Shown one piece after another: positions 30,953 to 41,639 of a stretch of 64,000 bases of DNA (position 1 is the stretch's first letter; each line of letters opens with the position of its first letter). Made by a program: the position numbers and the translations under genes. Below the pieces are notes generated by a model, which was not told the DNA's origin, searched no databases, and worked only from the letters and a program-made list of their open reading frames with translations. Origin of the DNA: Candidatus Poribacteria bacterium (lineage in GTDB: Bacteria > Poribacteria > WGA-4E > JAJDTR01); assembly GCA_965222225.1 (NCBI GenBank), contig CBDCTK010000002.1, positions 4,416,001 through 4,480,000 on the forward strand, in the 5' to 3' direction.

Positions 30953-33208
30953 GTGAAAGTAGAAATGCAACTTGGAGGAGAGCAACTTTCAATTGAAACG
31001 GGGAAGGTTGCCAAGCAGGCAGATGGAGCTGTCTGGGTACAATACGGTGGAACGGTCGTCTTAGTGACAGTCGTTGCCGAAATGAGAGAAAGCAATCTCG
31101 ATTTCTTTCCGCTAACGGTAGATTATCGAGAACGCGCATATGCCGCTGGACGAATTCCAACGGTTTACGGAAGGCGTGAACCACGCCCGGGGGTAGGAGA
31201 GCAGTTGGTCTCACGCTTAATTGATCACTGCATTCGGCCTCTGTTTCCGAAGGACTTTAAGGTAGAGGTGCAAATTCTGTGCAATGTTCTATCTTCAGAT
31301 CAGGTGCATCCGGCTGATGTGCCAGCGCTGATTGGAACTTCTGCGGCGTTATGTATTTCAGATATTCCTTTCAGTGGACCAGTTGGAGCGGTTACCGTCG
31401 GTAAGCTAGATGGATCGTTAGTCATCAATCCGGCCTACGAACAACTGAAATCGGCGGAAATGGAACTATTTGTCAGCGGTACGGCGGATGCGGTCATGTC
31501 TGTCGAAGGCGGCGGACACGAAATACCAGAGAATGATGTTATTGACACAATCATTGTGGCGCACAAGGAAATTAAAGAAATCATCAGATTGCAAGAGGGT
31601 TTGATTGCCCTCTGTGGGGAACCGACTCGTGAATACCAAACGAAGAAGATTGGCGAAGCGTTGAACACTCGAATCCGCAGCCTGGCTACCTCAAAGATTA
31701 GGGAATCAATCGGCATGGAGGACAAGAAAACTCGAGAGGATTATCTGGAGCAAGTCCAAGTGGATGTGCTTTCGAAAATCCTTGATGATGATGTCGAAGA
31801 GGAAGGTGTTGTCGCGATGGAGAAGGATACCATCTCCATATTGGGTGACATCGAAAAAGAGCAGATGCGCCAATCCATTCTGAATGAGGGGAGACGCGTT
31901 GACGGGCGCAGTACAACAGAAATTCGGCAGATCTCAGGAGAGGTTTCAGTGCTTCCGAGGGCACACGGTTCCTCCCTCTTCACACGCGGACAAACTCAGG
32001 CTCTCAGTGCGACGACACTTGGAACGGCTGGAGATGAAGACCTGCAACGCCGACTTGATGGTGAAACGAGACATTCGTTTTTCCTTCACTACAACTTTCC
32101 GCCGTTCAGCACCGGAGAAGTAAAGCGAATGATGGGGCCCGGTCGACGGGAGATAGGTCACGGATCGCTTGCTGAAAAAGCAATTCAGCCGGTCATTCCA
32201 TCCAAAGATGATTTTCGCTATACGATTCGAGTTGTGTCCGAAATTCTTGAAGCAAACGCCTCATCATCAATGGCAACTGTCTGTGGCGCGACTTTGGCGC
32301 TTATGGACGCTGGCGTCCCTATCACAAAACCTGTTGCCGGAATTGGTGTTGGATTGATCAAGGAAGGCGATCACGAGGTTATTCTGACTGATATGCTTGG
32401 CACAGAAGATTTCCTCGGAGATATGGATTTCAAGGTTGCGGGGACTCGCGACGGTGTCACAGCGATACAGATGGACATCAAAATTAATGGGGTTACCCCG
32501 GACTTGATGAAGAGGGCTATCTATCAAGCGAGAGAGGGGCGTTTAGCCGTGCTTGACAGAATGAGAGAAGTTTTCGCCGAACCTAGATCCGACATCTCCG
32601 TGTATGCGCCGCGCATCTACAACATCCAGATTTCTCCGAACAAAATCAAGGATCTCATTGGACCGCGCGGGAAAGTTATTCAAATGATTCAGGAAGAAAC
32701 AAATACCACTGTGAACGTTGAAGACAGTGGTAGCGTCGAAATTGCCGCAACGAGCGCCGAAGCAGCGAAAAAGGCGGAGGAGATGATCCGTGAAGTCACC
32801 GCTATGCCCGAGGTCGGCAAAGAATACAACGGAAAAGTTGTGCGAACGACGACCTTTGGTGCTTTTGTAGCGATTCTTCCCGGGCAGGATGGATTAGTGC
32901 ACATTTCGCAAATGGGTGATGGATACGTCAGAAAAGTTGAAGATGTGATGCAGGTCGGGGATGAGGTTACAGTGAGTGTAATCACTATTGATGACCAGGG
33001 GAGGGTAGATCTTGCTCTCGCCGGTGCAAGTGCCGAGTTGTCATCAACAGATTCTCCGACAGGCGAAGGAGATCGTGGTGCACCCCGCGATGCTGATCGA
33101 GGACGTTCCTCCTCCCGCGACCCTCGAAACAGCCGACCGGGACGCGGTGATAATTCGCGTGATTCTCGTAATCGGAGATCGCCACGCATTCCGAAGGGAC
33201 GTTTTTAA
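30953..33208 (+). CDS. pnp: Polyribonucleotide nucleotidyltransferase (PNPase)
   Basis: ETGKVAKQADG, FFPLTVDYRE, RREIGHG, DFLGDMDFKVAG, KH and S1 domains, R/S/D-rich tail. Confidence 0.99.
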   Translation: MKVEMQLGGEQLSIETGKVAKQADGAVWVQYGGTVVLVTVVAEMRESNLDFFPLTVDYRERAYAAGRIPTVYGRREPRPGVGEQLVSRLIDHCIRPLFPKDFKVEVQILCNVLSSDQVHPADVPALIGTSAALCISDIPFSGPVGAVTVGKLDGSLVINPAYEQLKSAEMELFVSGTADAVMSVEGGGHEIPENDVIDTIIVAHKEIKEIIRLQEGLIALCGEPTREYQTKKIGEALNTRIRSLATSKIRESIGMEDKKTREDYLEQVQVDVLSKILDDDVEEEGVVAMEKDTISILGDIEKEQMRQSILNEGRRVDGRSTTEIRQISGEVSVLPRAHGSSLFTRGQTQALSATTLGTAGDEDLQRRLDGETRHSFFLHYNFPPFSTGEVKRMMGPGRREIGHGSLAEKAIQPVIPSKDDFRYTIRVVSEILEANASSSMATVCGATLALMDAGVPITKPVAGIGVGLIKEGDHEVILTDMLGTEDFLGDMDFKVAGTRDGVTAIQMDIKINGVTPDLMKRAIYQAREGRLAVLDRMREVFAEPRSDISVYAPRIYNIQISPNKIKDLIGPRGKVIQMIQEETNTTVNVEDSGSVEIAATSAEAAKKAEEMIREVTAMPEVGKEYNGKVVRTTTFGAFVAILPGQDGLVHISQMGDGYVRKVEDVMQVGDEVTVSVITIDDQGRVDLALAGASAELSSTDSPTGEGDRGAPRDADRGRSSSRDPRNSRPGRGDNSRDSRNRRSPRIPKGRF

Positions 33209-33347
33209 GTGTTTGGTGCCGACAACCGAGTTAGGGCCTTCGTGTGAAGTTGAATCGGTGCGGGAGAACAAGTGGTTTTACGCCATCTGCCCCCCATCTT
33301 CTATTCTATCTCTTTCAGTCGATGGATTTTAACGAGAGTTTATTCCG

Positions 33348-33713
33348 ATGCAAGCAAGGAACCGCGTACCAAGGAGAACTCGCCTATCAAAAGGCGATTT
33401 ACTAGATCAGAAATGGTTAACCTATCTCTTGGTGTTAATTCTGATAGTGCTAATTGGTGTTCTTGTGGCGTCGTTGAGATACCAGGACGCACTTGTTAGG
33501 TACGCGAAGGACTTTGTACAACGTGCAAAGGATGCACTCTCCGCCAGTCTCGGTCTGAAAGAGATGCTTGGAGGGTTTGAATACCAAAGTTTCGCAAACC
33601 GATTCGCATTCGCACCGGTTGTAGCGTCACCCAAACTGTGTAATTTCTCTCCTATCAATTCTTTCCTCCATTTTCTGACAGCAGTTGAATCCAAATCAAT
33701 GGCCATTGAATAA
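33348..33713 (+). CDS. Hypothetical single-pass membrane protein
   Basis: One strong hydrophobic segment (WLTYLLVLILIVLIGVLVASL); co-oriented with and 21 bp upstream of the next gene. Confidence 0.45.
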   Translation: MQARNRVPRRTRLSKGDLLDQKWLTYLLVLILIVLIGVLVASLRYQDALVRYAKDFVQRAKDALSASLGLKEMLGGFEYQSFANRFAFAPVVASPKLCNFSPINSFLHFLTAVESKSMAIE

Positions 33714-33734
33714 CGCACGCCGGAGGACTGCCAT

Positions 33735-34250
33735 ATGCGCACTATGCTCCTTCATAGGTGTTTCCCGATCTTGACATGCCTCCTACTAGGCTGTGGTTAC
33801 GTTTCAACCTCCTCCTACCTCGAGCACATCAAGACCGTTCAAATTGCTCCAGTCCAAATTGAGGACTCCGATATTACATACGATATCCAGTCCGATAGAC
33901 CTTATGATGAAATCCTTCAAGAAAAACTGACAGAGCGTTTTACCCGCAAGTGGCGCGACGGAAACGACGCAGTGCTTGAAGTTAGAATCATGGACTACGA
34001 TTTGAGAGAGGTTGACTTCGGTGCTACTAATCAAGCTGAAAAATTGCGCATGAGTTTGCAGGTTGATTATAGATTTATAGACCGTGTCAATAACAAGATT
34101 ATCGATCAGGATGATAGTTATTTTCAAGTTTATGATTTCTTTATCGTCTCAGGCAGAGATGAAGAACCGAAAACGGTGCAACGAGCGCGTACCGAAATTT
34201 TCGATGAGCTTGTTGGCGATCTTTTTCAACTGCTCGCGGAACAATGGTGA
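33735..34250 (+). CDS. LptE-like LPS-assembly lipoprotein
   Basis: Lipobox LLLGC followed by GY...HIKTVQI; size and C-terminal helix typical of LptE; GGAGG RBS. Confidence 0.65.
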   Translation: MRTMLLHRCFPILTCLLLGCGYVSTSSYLEHIKTVQIAPVQIEDSDITYDIQSDRPYDEILQEKLTERFTRKWRDGNDAVLEVRIMDYDLREVDFGATNQAEKLRMSLQVDYRFIDRVNNKIIDQDDSYFQVYDFFIVSGRDEEPKTVQRARTEIFDELVGDLFQLLAEQW

Positions 34251-34271
34251 GATCGAGGAGGCAACTGCTTA

Positions 34272-35264
34272 ATGAGGGCGTCAAGTGCGGCTTTCCTCGT
34301 ATGCTGCATGGTAATTCTACTTTCTTGCAGTGCCGATCAAAAGCACCACACCGCCCTCCTCCGAGAAGGACAATACCTCTTTGGCGTGTGGAATACATAT
34401 TCGGAGGAAGTTGCAACAAAACTAATAGATCAGATGACTCAGACAGGTGCCCAGGAAAGGGAACAAATCCCGTCTTTACCGATTGAAACTTCTCTAAAAC
34501 CCGCTGACCTGCTGCCCGTTGATGGTGATGTCACTGACTGGGTCGGATCACGCGATCCTAGCGGGTATACTGCGAAAGATTTGTATAAAGATACCCTTGG
34601 GGGGCAGCCCGAGTTATATCAGGCTTATGGCGTTATTGAGCAAGCCGAAGTGGAATACCAGACACCTTTACTCGGATCCTACCCCTTGATTCGTGTTGAA
34701 ATTTTTGACATGCGCACCCCAGAAAACGCTTTCGGGATATATAGTTTCAACCAGTATCCGGAAGCGGAATCCGAGTGGGTTGGCAATCGAGCAGTCATTT
34801 CCGGTAAATTCTTACGGTTTTGGAAAGGAAAGTATTTTGTTGAGATTGAAGGGTACGAATTTGCCACCCAGGTTGAGGAGGGGATGGTTGAACTAGCGAA
34901 GTCAGTAGCGACCCGTATCGACGATCCACCAACAAAACCCTACCTTTTGGAGTTACTTCCGCCAAACAAAATTCCGTACAGTGTAAAATACTTCTTTGAT
35001 GATACCACTCTGCGGAAAATCTATAATTTCCTACCAAGCGATGGCATTCAGTTGGGTGCCAACGCAACAGGCGTCTCCGCCTCCTACGTGCATAAAAAGA
35101 ACAGTAATAGGCATTGGACCGATACAACGGTTGCCTTTCTCATTCGTTACCCCAGTGAGTCAGTAGCAACCGAAGCCTACAACAGTTATCGGGATTATCT
35201 TGAAGACGAGGCCGTTTCCGTTAGCTCGATTGAGGGCAGAGGGATTGTAATCCAGCAACAGTGA
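34272..35264 (+). CDS. Lipoprotein, DUF6599-like
   Basis: Lipobox ILLSC; EIFDM.TPENAFGIYS and FWKGKYFVEI motifs (recognised from memory). Confidence 0.6.
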   Translation: MRASSAAFLVCCMVILLSCSADQKHHTALLREGQYLFGVWNTYSEEVATKLIDQMTQTGAQEREQIPSLPIETSLKPADLLPVDGDVTDWVGSRDPSGYTAKDLYKDTLGGQPELYQAYGVIEQAEVEYQTPLLGSYPLIRVEIFDMRTPENAFGIYSFNQYPEAESEWVGNRAVISGKFLRFWKGKYFVEIEGYEFATQVEEGMVELAKSVATRIDDPPTKPYLLELLPPNKIPYSVKYFFDDTTLRKIYNFLPSDGIQLGANATGVSASYVHKKNSNRHWTDTTVAFLIRYPSESVATEAYNSYRDYLEDEAVSVSSIEGRGIVIQQQ

Positions 35265-35355
35265 GAATCAGGTTTCTCGAATTGAATAAGAAATTAGGAA
35301 TGGTGCGAGGTTTCGTTGCTTTGTTTTTTCACGCATCACGTTTCTCTGCACCGCC

Positions 35356-36453
35356 ATGTCAGACAATCTAAAGCGTACCCCACTCTTCGAAATCCACAAA
35401 CAACTCGGCGCGCGGATGATTGAATTTGGCGGCTGGGAAATGCCAGTTCAATACTGTAGCATAGTTGCAGAGCATCTAGCGGTTCGGTCAAATGTTGGTA
35501 TTTTTGACCTGTCGCATATGGGAGACATTGAGATTAAAGGTTCAGGATCGCTACCTCTGATCCAAAAGCTCATCACCAATGATGCCTCGAAGCTCAGTGA
35601 TGGACGAATTCTATATTCCCCGATGTGTACAGAAACCGGCGGAATTGTGGACGACCTTCTCGTTTATCGTTTCAGCGCGTCCAGGTACATGCTGGTCGTT
35701 AATGCCTCAAATATTGATAAGGATTGTGATTGGATTCATGTCCATAATAGTAATGGTGCAGAAGTCTCCAATTTGAGCGATGAAACTGTCCTCGTTGCGT
35801 TGCAAGGCAAAAATGCCCCAAATATCCTAGAGGCGCTGACAGATGTTGACATCTCAGCGGTTGAGTATTACGCCTTCATGGAAGGCGAGGTTGGCGGTAT
35901 TCCATCCGTCATCTCGCGCACCGGATACACGGGGGAAGCCGGATTTGAGTTGTATGTGACAGCGAATCGTGGCGAGGACATGTGGAACGTCCTTCATGAT
36001 GCTACAATAAATGTAGGCGGAAAACCTGTAGGCCTCGCAGCGAGAGATACGCTGCGTTTAGAAATGAGGTTCTGTTTGTATGGGAACGACATTGACGAGA
36101 CGACTACACCGCTAGAAGCAGGTCTGCGCTGGACCGTGGCATTTGACAAAGGGGATTTCACCGGGAAGAACGCATTAATCCAGCAGCGTAACAGCGGGAT
36201 CAAGCGATGTCTCACCGGATTCAAAATGCTAGACCGTGGAATTGCACGGTCGCATCATAAAGTCTATCATGGAGATTTGTCAATCGGTGAAGTTACCAGC
36301 GGGGCGCCGTCACCAAGCCTAGAGTGCAATATCGGGCTTGCCTACCTGCCGATAGAATGGAGTGAGAGAAAGACGAAAATCGACATCGAGATTCGAGGGA
36401 AACGCCATCCTGCGGAGGTGGTGGCAACCCCATTTTATAAATCGTCAAATTAG
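35356..36453 (+). CDS. gcvT: Glycine cleavage aminomethyltransferase T
   Basis: KRTPL, FGGWEMPVQY, FDLSHMG, SRTGYTGE.GFE, ARDTLRLE. Confidence 0.98.
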   Translation: MSDNLKRTPLFEIHKQLGARMIEFGGWEMPVQYCSIVAEHLAVRSNVGIFDLSHMGDIEIKGSGSLPLIQKLITNDASKLSDGRILYSPMCTETGGIVDDLLVYRFSASRYMLVVNASNIDKDCDWIHVHNSNGAEVSNLSDETVLVALQGKNAPNILEALTDVDISAVEYYAFMEGEVGGIPSVISRTGYTGEAGFELYVTANRGEDMWNVLHDATINVGGKPVGLAARDTLRLEMRFCLYGNDIDETTTPLEAGLRWTVAFDKGDFTGKNALIQQRNSGIKRCLTGFKMLDRGIARSHHKVYHGDLSIGEVTSGAPSPSLECNIGLAYLPIEWSERKTKIDIEIRGKRHPAEVVATPFYKSSN

Positions 36454-36496
36454 GCGTCACTTATTGTAAAACCTTACGAATGGGTCAGGAGATTGG

Positions 36497-36886
36497 ATGT
36501 TTCCGACAGAGTTAAAGTATATGGAGAGTCACGAATGGGCAAGAAATGAGGGAGATGTGATTACCGTGGGCGTCTCCGACTATGCCCAGCAAGAAATTCA
36601 AGATGTTGTCTACGTTGAACTCCCAGAAATCGGTCAAGAACTTGAGCAAAAAAAGGAGTTCGGCGTTATCGAGTCTGTCAAAGCGGCGTTCGACATTTCC
36701 GCTCCCGCCAGTGGCGAGGTTGTCGAAATCAACGAAGAACTTGAGGACAGTCCGGAATGTATCAATGAAGATCCTTACGGCGCTGGGTGGATAATCAAGA
36801 TTCACTTGAGCGATCCTAGCGAGCTAGACAACCTTCTATCTGTCGATGAATATCAGGCGAAACTTGAGGCTGAACTGGAAGCGTAG
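36497..36886 (+). CDS. gcvH: Glycine cleavage H protein
   Basis: SHEW, lipoyl-lysine motif IESVKA, INEDPYG.GW. Confidence 0.98.
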   Translation: MFPTELKYMESHEWARNEGDVITVGVSDYAQQEIQDVVYVELPEIGQELEQKKEFGVIESVKAAFDISAPASGEVVEINEELEDSPECINEDPYGAGWIIKIHLSDPSELDNLLSVDEYQAKLEAELEA

Positions 36887-36887
36887 G

Positions 36888-39782
36888 ATGGAATCAGCGA
36901 GAGATAAAGCAGCCCAAGTTCTCGATTTTACTGATGTATTCGTAGATCGGCATATTGGTCCCCGATCGGACGACATTGAACTGATGTTGGAAAAGCTTGG
37001 CTACAGTTCTCTGAGCACATTCATTGAAGATGTCATCCCATCGCACATCCGCCTAAACCAGTCGCTAGCCATCAGCGCTGGGTATACCGAACACGAAGCC
37101 TTGCGGATGTTAAAAGATATTGCCTCGCAGAATGACCTGTATCGCTCATTCATCGGAATGGGCTATTATAATTGTATCCTTCCACCCGTAATCCAACGGA
37201 ACATACTTGAAAACCCTGGCTGGTACACCGCGTATACACCGTATCAAGCGGAGATTTCGCAAGGGCGTCTAGAAGCCCTGTTAAATTTCCAAACGATGAT
37301 TATCGATCTTAGCGGATTACCAATCGCCAATGCCTCACTTCTTGACGAGGCAACCGCAGCGGCTGAAGCCATGGGAATGTGCCTCGCCACAACGAAACAT
37401 CGGAACACGCCGACGTTTTTCATATCGGAAACATGCCATCCTCAGACAATCGCCGTCCTCCGCACGCGCGCAGAATCGCTGGGCATTGAGTTGATTTTTG
37501 GCGATCATCTCAAAGTGCAATTTGATCTGCCTATTCTAGGGGCAATTGTGCAATATCCTGCCAGCGATGGAGTGATTCACGATTATCGTGATTTTGCGGA
37601 TCAGGTTCACGAAGCTGGCGGATTGCTAGTTGTTGCGACCGATCTCCTTGCGCTGACTCTGCTTCTTCCGCCTGGCGAGTTTGGCGCCGACATTGCGGTT
37701 GGCTCGGCGCAGAGATTTGGGGTGCCTATCGGTTACGGCGGTCCGCACGCAGCATTCTTGGCGGCAAAAGAAGAATTTAAACGCAGGGTGCCCGGGCGAA
37801 TTGCCGGACTCTCGCATGACACCGAGGGGCGACCGGCGATCCGGCTTGCACTTCAGACACGAGAACAACATATCCGTAGAGAAAAAGCGACGAGTAATAT
37901 CTGCACAGCACAGGTGCTGTTAGCCGTGATGGCGGGCATGTACGCCGTTTACCACGGTCCGGCAGGGATGCGCCGGATTGCCAAGCGCGTCCATGAACTA
38001 ACCGGGGTTTTGCGACGAGGGCTGGAATCATTGGGGTACACGATTGGTGAGGGGGCGTTCTTTGATACAATTTGTGTCGAGTTTGGTTCGGTCAATCTAG
38101 AACGTCTGTTAGAAGCGGCGTGTGAAGTGAAGATAAACTTTAGAATTTTTGACCGCGCTCGTGGCGGAATTTCGCTCGACGAAGCAACTACAACCAAGGA
38201 TGTTCAAGAACTGCTTGATATTTTCGCGCTTGGAAGAAAACAACCGGCTGAATTTGAGAGTTTGGTCTTGGAAGGCACCGCTTCGACAACGGAAATTCCG
38301 GCAGCATTGCAGCGAAATACCCCGTATCTTTCACACCCTGTCTTTAACACCTACCATTCAGAAACAGAGATGTTGAGGTACATCCACAAACTTCAGGAGA
38401 AGGACCTCTCCCTAACTCGTTCGATGATACCGCTCGGCTCCTGTACGATGAAGTTGAACGCGACTGCCGAAATGATCCCGGTGACTTGGAACGAGTTTTC
38501 ACAGGCGCATCCGTTTGTGCCTCGCGAGCAGACGACCGGCTACCAAACGCTTTTTTCGCAACTTGAATCGTGGCTCTCCGAAATCACCGGATTTGCCGGT
38601 ATCTCCTTACAGCCTAACGCCGGATCCCAAGGCGAATATGCGGGGCTTTTGGTGATTCGCAAATACCATCAGAATCGAGATGAAGGGAATCGAAATATTT
38701 GTTTAATCCCCAAATCCGCGCACGGGACGAATCCCGCCAGTGCGGTGATGGCGGGGATGAAAGTTGTCGTAATTGATTGCGACGATGCGGGCAATATTGA
38801 CCTCGTTGACCTGAGAAGGAAGAGCGAGGAGCATAGTCATAATCTCGCGGCTGCCATGATTACCTATCCTTCCACTCACGGTGTTTTTGAGAAAGGAATT
38901 CAGAAAATCTGCGAGGTTGTGCATCAACACGGCGGGCAGGTTTATATGGATGGCGCCAATATGAACGCCATGGTGGGCTTATGTCGTCCAGGGGATTTTG
39001 GACCGGATGTCTGCCACCTGAACCTTCACAAGACATTCTGTATTCCACATGGCGGCGGCGGTCCCGGAATGGGGCCTATCGGGGTAAAAGAACATCTCAC
39101 TCGCTTCCTCCCGACACATCCACTTGTATCTGTTGGCGGAAAAGATGGAGTGGGTGCGATTTCCGCCGCGCCGTGGGGTAGTCCGAGTATTCTCCCAGTC
39201 TCGTGGGCGTATATCGCTATGATGGGGGCTGAAGGTTTGAAGAGAGCCAGTGAAGTGGCTATTCTAAACGCCAATTATATTTCAAGATGTTTGGAACCAC
39301 ACTATTCAGTGCTTTACAAGGGGAGTCACGGGCTTGTTGCACACGAATGCATTGTCGATCTTCGTGGCATAAAGAATGCGACTGGTGTCGGGGTCGTTGA
39401 CATCGCGAAACGCCTGATGGATTATGGTTTTCATGCTCCAACAGTGTCATGGCCTGTCAATGAGACGATGATGATTGAGCCCACGGAGAGTGAATCAAAA
39501 CAGGAATTAGACCGGTTCTGCGAAGCGTTGATTTCAATCCGCCAAGAGATTGCCGAAATTGAAAACGGGGAAGCGGATCGCACGGACAATGTTCTCAAGA
39601 ACGCACCTCATACGGCAGTCTATGTTACGCAATCAGAGTGGACGCACGGCTACACACGGGAAAAAGCCGCTTTCCCCGCACCTTGGACGCGCGAAAATAA
39701 GTATTGGCCACCGGTTTCACGGATTGATGAAGCACAAGGAGATCGAACGTTGATCTGCGCTTGTCCTTCGATTGACTCATAA
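36888..39782 (+). CDS. gcvP: Glycine dehydrogenase (decarboxylating), single-chain P protein
   Basis: [22 protein letters not shown] site [16 protein letters not shown]; likely start ATG 36888, just after gcvH. Confidence 0.98.
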   Translation: MESARDKAAQVLDFTDVFVDRHIGPRSDDIELMLEKLGYSSLSTFIEDVIPSHIRLNQSLAISAGYTEHEALRMLKDIASQNDLYRSFIGMGYYNCILPPVIQRNILENPGWYTAYTPYQAEISQGRLEALLNFQTMIIDLSGLPIANASLLDEATAAAEAMGMCLATTKHRNTPTFFISETCHPQTIAVLRTRAESLGIELIFGDHLKVQFDLPILGAIVQYPASDGVIHDYRDFADQVHEAGGLLVVATDLLALTLLLPPGEFGADIAVGSAQRFGVPIGYGGPHAAFLAAKEEFKRRVPGRIAGLSHDTEGRPAIRLALQTREQHIRREKATSNICTAQVLLAVMAGMYAVYHGPAGMRRIAKRVHELTGVLRRGLESLGYTIGEGAFFDTICVEFGSVNLERLLEAACEVKINFRIFDRARGGISLDEATTTKDVQELLDIFALGRKQPAEFESLVLEGTASTTEIPAALQRNTPYLSHPVFNTYHSETEMLRYIHKLQEKDLSLTRSMIPLGSCTMKLNATAEMIPVTWNEFSQAHPFVPREQTTGYQTLFSQLESWLSEITGFAGISLQPNAGSQGEYAGLLVIRKYHQNRDEGNRNICLIPKSAHGTNPASAVMAGMKVVVIDCDDAGNIDLVDLRRKSEEHSHNLAAAMITYPSTHGVFEKGIQKICEVVHQHGGQVYMDGANMNAMVGLCRPGDFGPDVCHLNLHKTFCIPHGGGGPGMGPIGVKEHLTRFLPTHPLVSVGGKDGVGAISAAPWGSPSILPVSWAYIAMMGAEGLKRASEVAILNANYISRCLEPHYSVLYKGSHGLVAHECIVDLRGIKNATGVGVVDIAKRLMDYGFHAPTVSWPVNETMMIEPTESESKQELDRFCEALISIRQEIAEIENGEADRTDNVLKNAPHTAVYVTQSEWTHGYTREKAAFPAPWTRENKYWPPVSRIDEAQGDRTLICACPSIDS

Positions 39783-39817
39783 GGCAGTTGAATCGACAGG
39801 TTCGTATTTATAGATTT

Positions 39818-40030
39818 AAAGCTAGTTTGAATAATATATGGCAAAGCCATTTTTGGTCATTTGTATTACTATATGCCTGATGCCTGTGAATCTCTATCGC
39901 ACGGGATTTTCTATCAATGTGTGGGGGATCTGACAATTCATACGCCTTTGAAGATGAGAAAAGCAGGTGGCTACCTTCGATGGTGCCTTACAAGAAATGG
40001 TGAGCGGTGCCCACCCTACAAATGTATTCA
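39818..40030. mobile_element. Degenerate copy of the composite MITE
   Basis: GTTTGAATAAT...GGCAAAGCCATTTTTGGTCATTTG...ATCTCTATCGC...CCCACCCTACAAA, collinear with 47323-47552. Confidence 0.55.
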
Positions 40031-40093
40031 TACGGAAGATGAATCCTTCGATTCATCATTAAAGATTTACCACGGTTGTAGGCGCCTAACCAA

Positions 40094-41461
40094 ATGAAAG
40101 CAATTATCATAGGAGCCGGGGAAGTTGGATTCCACACCGCGCGGGTGTTAACTGCCGAAAGGGATAACGATGTTGTGCTTATCGACCGGTCGGAAGCTGT
40201 CTGTCAACGCGCCCAAGAACAGTTGGATCTAATCGCCCTGCAAGGATCGGGTGCCTCGCCAACCCTATTGAAGAAGGCGGGGATTGAAAATGCAGGGCTG
40301 TTAATTGCCGTGACTAACAGCGACGAGATTAATATCCTGGCGTGCGCGATTGCGGCGCAATTTCGCGTCCGAACGAAAGTCGCGCGTGTATCCTCTCCAG
40401 AATACTTTGAAGGGGAAGGCAGCCTGCGTCCGGAAGATTTGAAAATAGATCTTCTCATTAATCCGGAACAGCTCTGCGCACAGGAATTTTACCGTCTCCT
40501 TAATACACCTGAAACGCGTGAAATCGTCGAATTTGAGGATGGCAAAGTCCGATTAGTTGCGTTCCGCGTGAAATCACGGAATCCGTTTCAGGGAAAATCG
40601 ATGATTCAGCTAGGGAGCGAAGGGTTGGTTTCCAATCTGAGATTCACCGGAATTAAGCGCAAGGATGGTACAACGGTTGTTCCCAAAGGTAATGACATTA
40701 TTCACGAAGGCGATGAGATATTCGCAATAGGCAGCCAAGAAGCCGTTGCAATCCTGCTAGAGCGTTCAGGGGTTTCCCTTGATGAAAAACTGAATCGAGT
40801 GGTTATCGCCGGAGCGGGACGCATCGGGATATATCTTGCACAGACCCTTGAGCGAGACGGTGTGAGCGTCAAGCTAATTGAGGTGGATAGAGAAAAGGCG
40901 GAGATTGCGTCAAGGACTCTGAAACGCACAACTGTTCTTCATGGCGATTACCTTAAACCCGGCTTTCTTGAGGAAGCCGGAGTTCAAGAAGTCGACGGGT
41001 TCGTTTCCGTTACCGGCGACGATGAGAATGACATTATGGCTTGTGTGACCGCAAAGCAGAGTGGCGCCGCGCGTGTTCTGGCACTGGTTCAGCAACCGCG
41101 TTATCTACCTATCCTCGCAGCCATTCCCACACTTGATTCGGCGGTGAGCCGCCATCTGACCGCAGTCGGAAGCATTTTGAGCCTTGTCCGTAGAGGGCAC
41201 ATTGTTTCGGTGGCATCACTTCGAGAGATCGACGCGGAAGTCATTGATATCGTAGCAGAAGCCAATTCTAAAATCGTCCGCAAAGATTTGATTTCGCTGG
41301 GACGAAAATTCCCTCATGATGCACTCATCGGTGCCATTGTACGGCGCGACAAAGTGCTAGTACCGACAGGGAAAAGCGTTATTCAGGTCGGAGATCGCGT
41401 CATTATCTTTAGCATGCCGCACGCAATCCCTGAAATCGAAAACCTCTTTACAGCACGGTAG
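40094..41461 (+). CDS. trkA: Trk potassium uptake NAD-binding subunit
   Basis: Two RCK modules with GAGEVG and GAGRIG Rossmann motifs; 455 aa. Confidence 0.95.
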   Translation: MKAIIIGAGEVGFHTARVLTAERDNDVVLIDRSEAVCQRAQEQLDLIALQGSGASPTLLKKAGIENAGLLIAVTNSDEINILACAIAAQFRVRTKVARVSSPEYFEGEGSLRPEDLKIDLLINPEQLCAQEFYRLLNTPETREIVEFEDGKVRLVAFRVKSRNPFQGKSMIQLGSEGLVSNLRFTGIKRKDGTTVVPKGNDIIHEGDEIFAIGSQEAVAILLERSGVSLDEKLNRVVIAGAGRIGIYLAQTLERDGVSVKLIEVDREKAEIASRTLKRTTVLHGDYLKPGFLEEAGVQEVDGFVSVTGDDENDIMACVTAKQSGAARVLALVQQPRYLPILAAIPTLDSAVSRHLTAVGSILSLVRRGHIVSVASLREIDAEVIDIVAEANSKIVRKDLISLGRKFPHDALIGAIVRRDKVLVPTGKSVIQVGDRVIIFSMPHAIPEIENLFTAR

Positions 41462-41639
41462 CTTAAGAGCAGTGGACTTCAAGATGTTAGGGAGCCAAAT
41501 AGGTTCGGTTGCCGCGCGGCGAAATAGAACGCCTGCAGCTATCGGGATTTAACGCAGGCACACAAAACCCACTACCTGTGCATTTTTAACGGTACTCCGC
41601 GATCCAATGGTTCGCCAATTTCCTACCCTATAACCAATC

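Noticed and set aside
35265-35355. Glycine riboswitch before gcvT
   Set aside because: Only about 90 bp and lacks the GGAGA...CCGAAG...CTCTCAGG core
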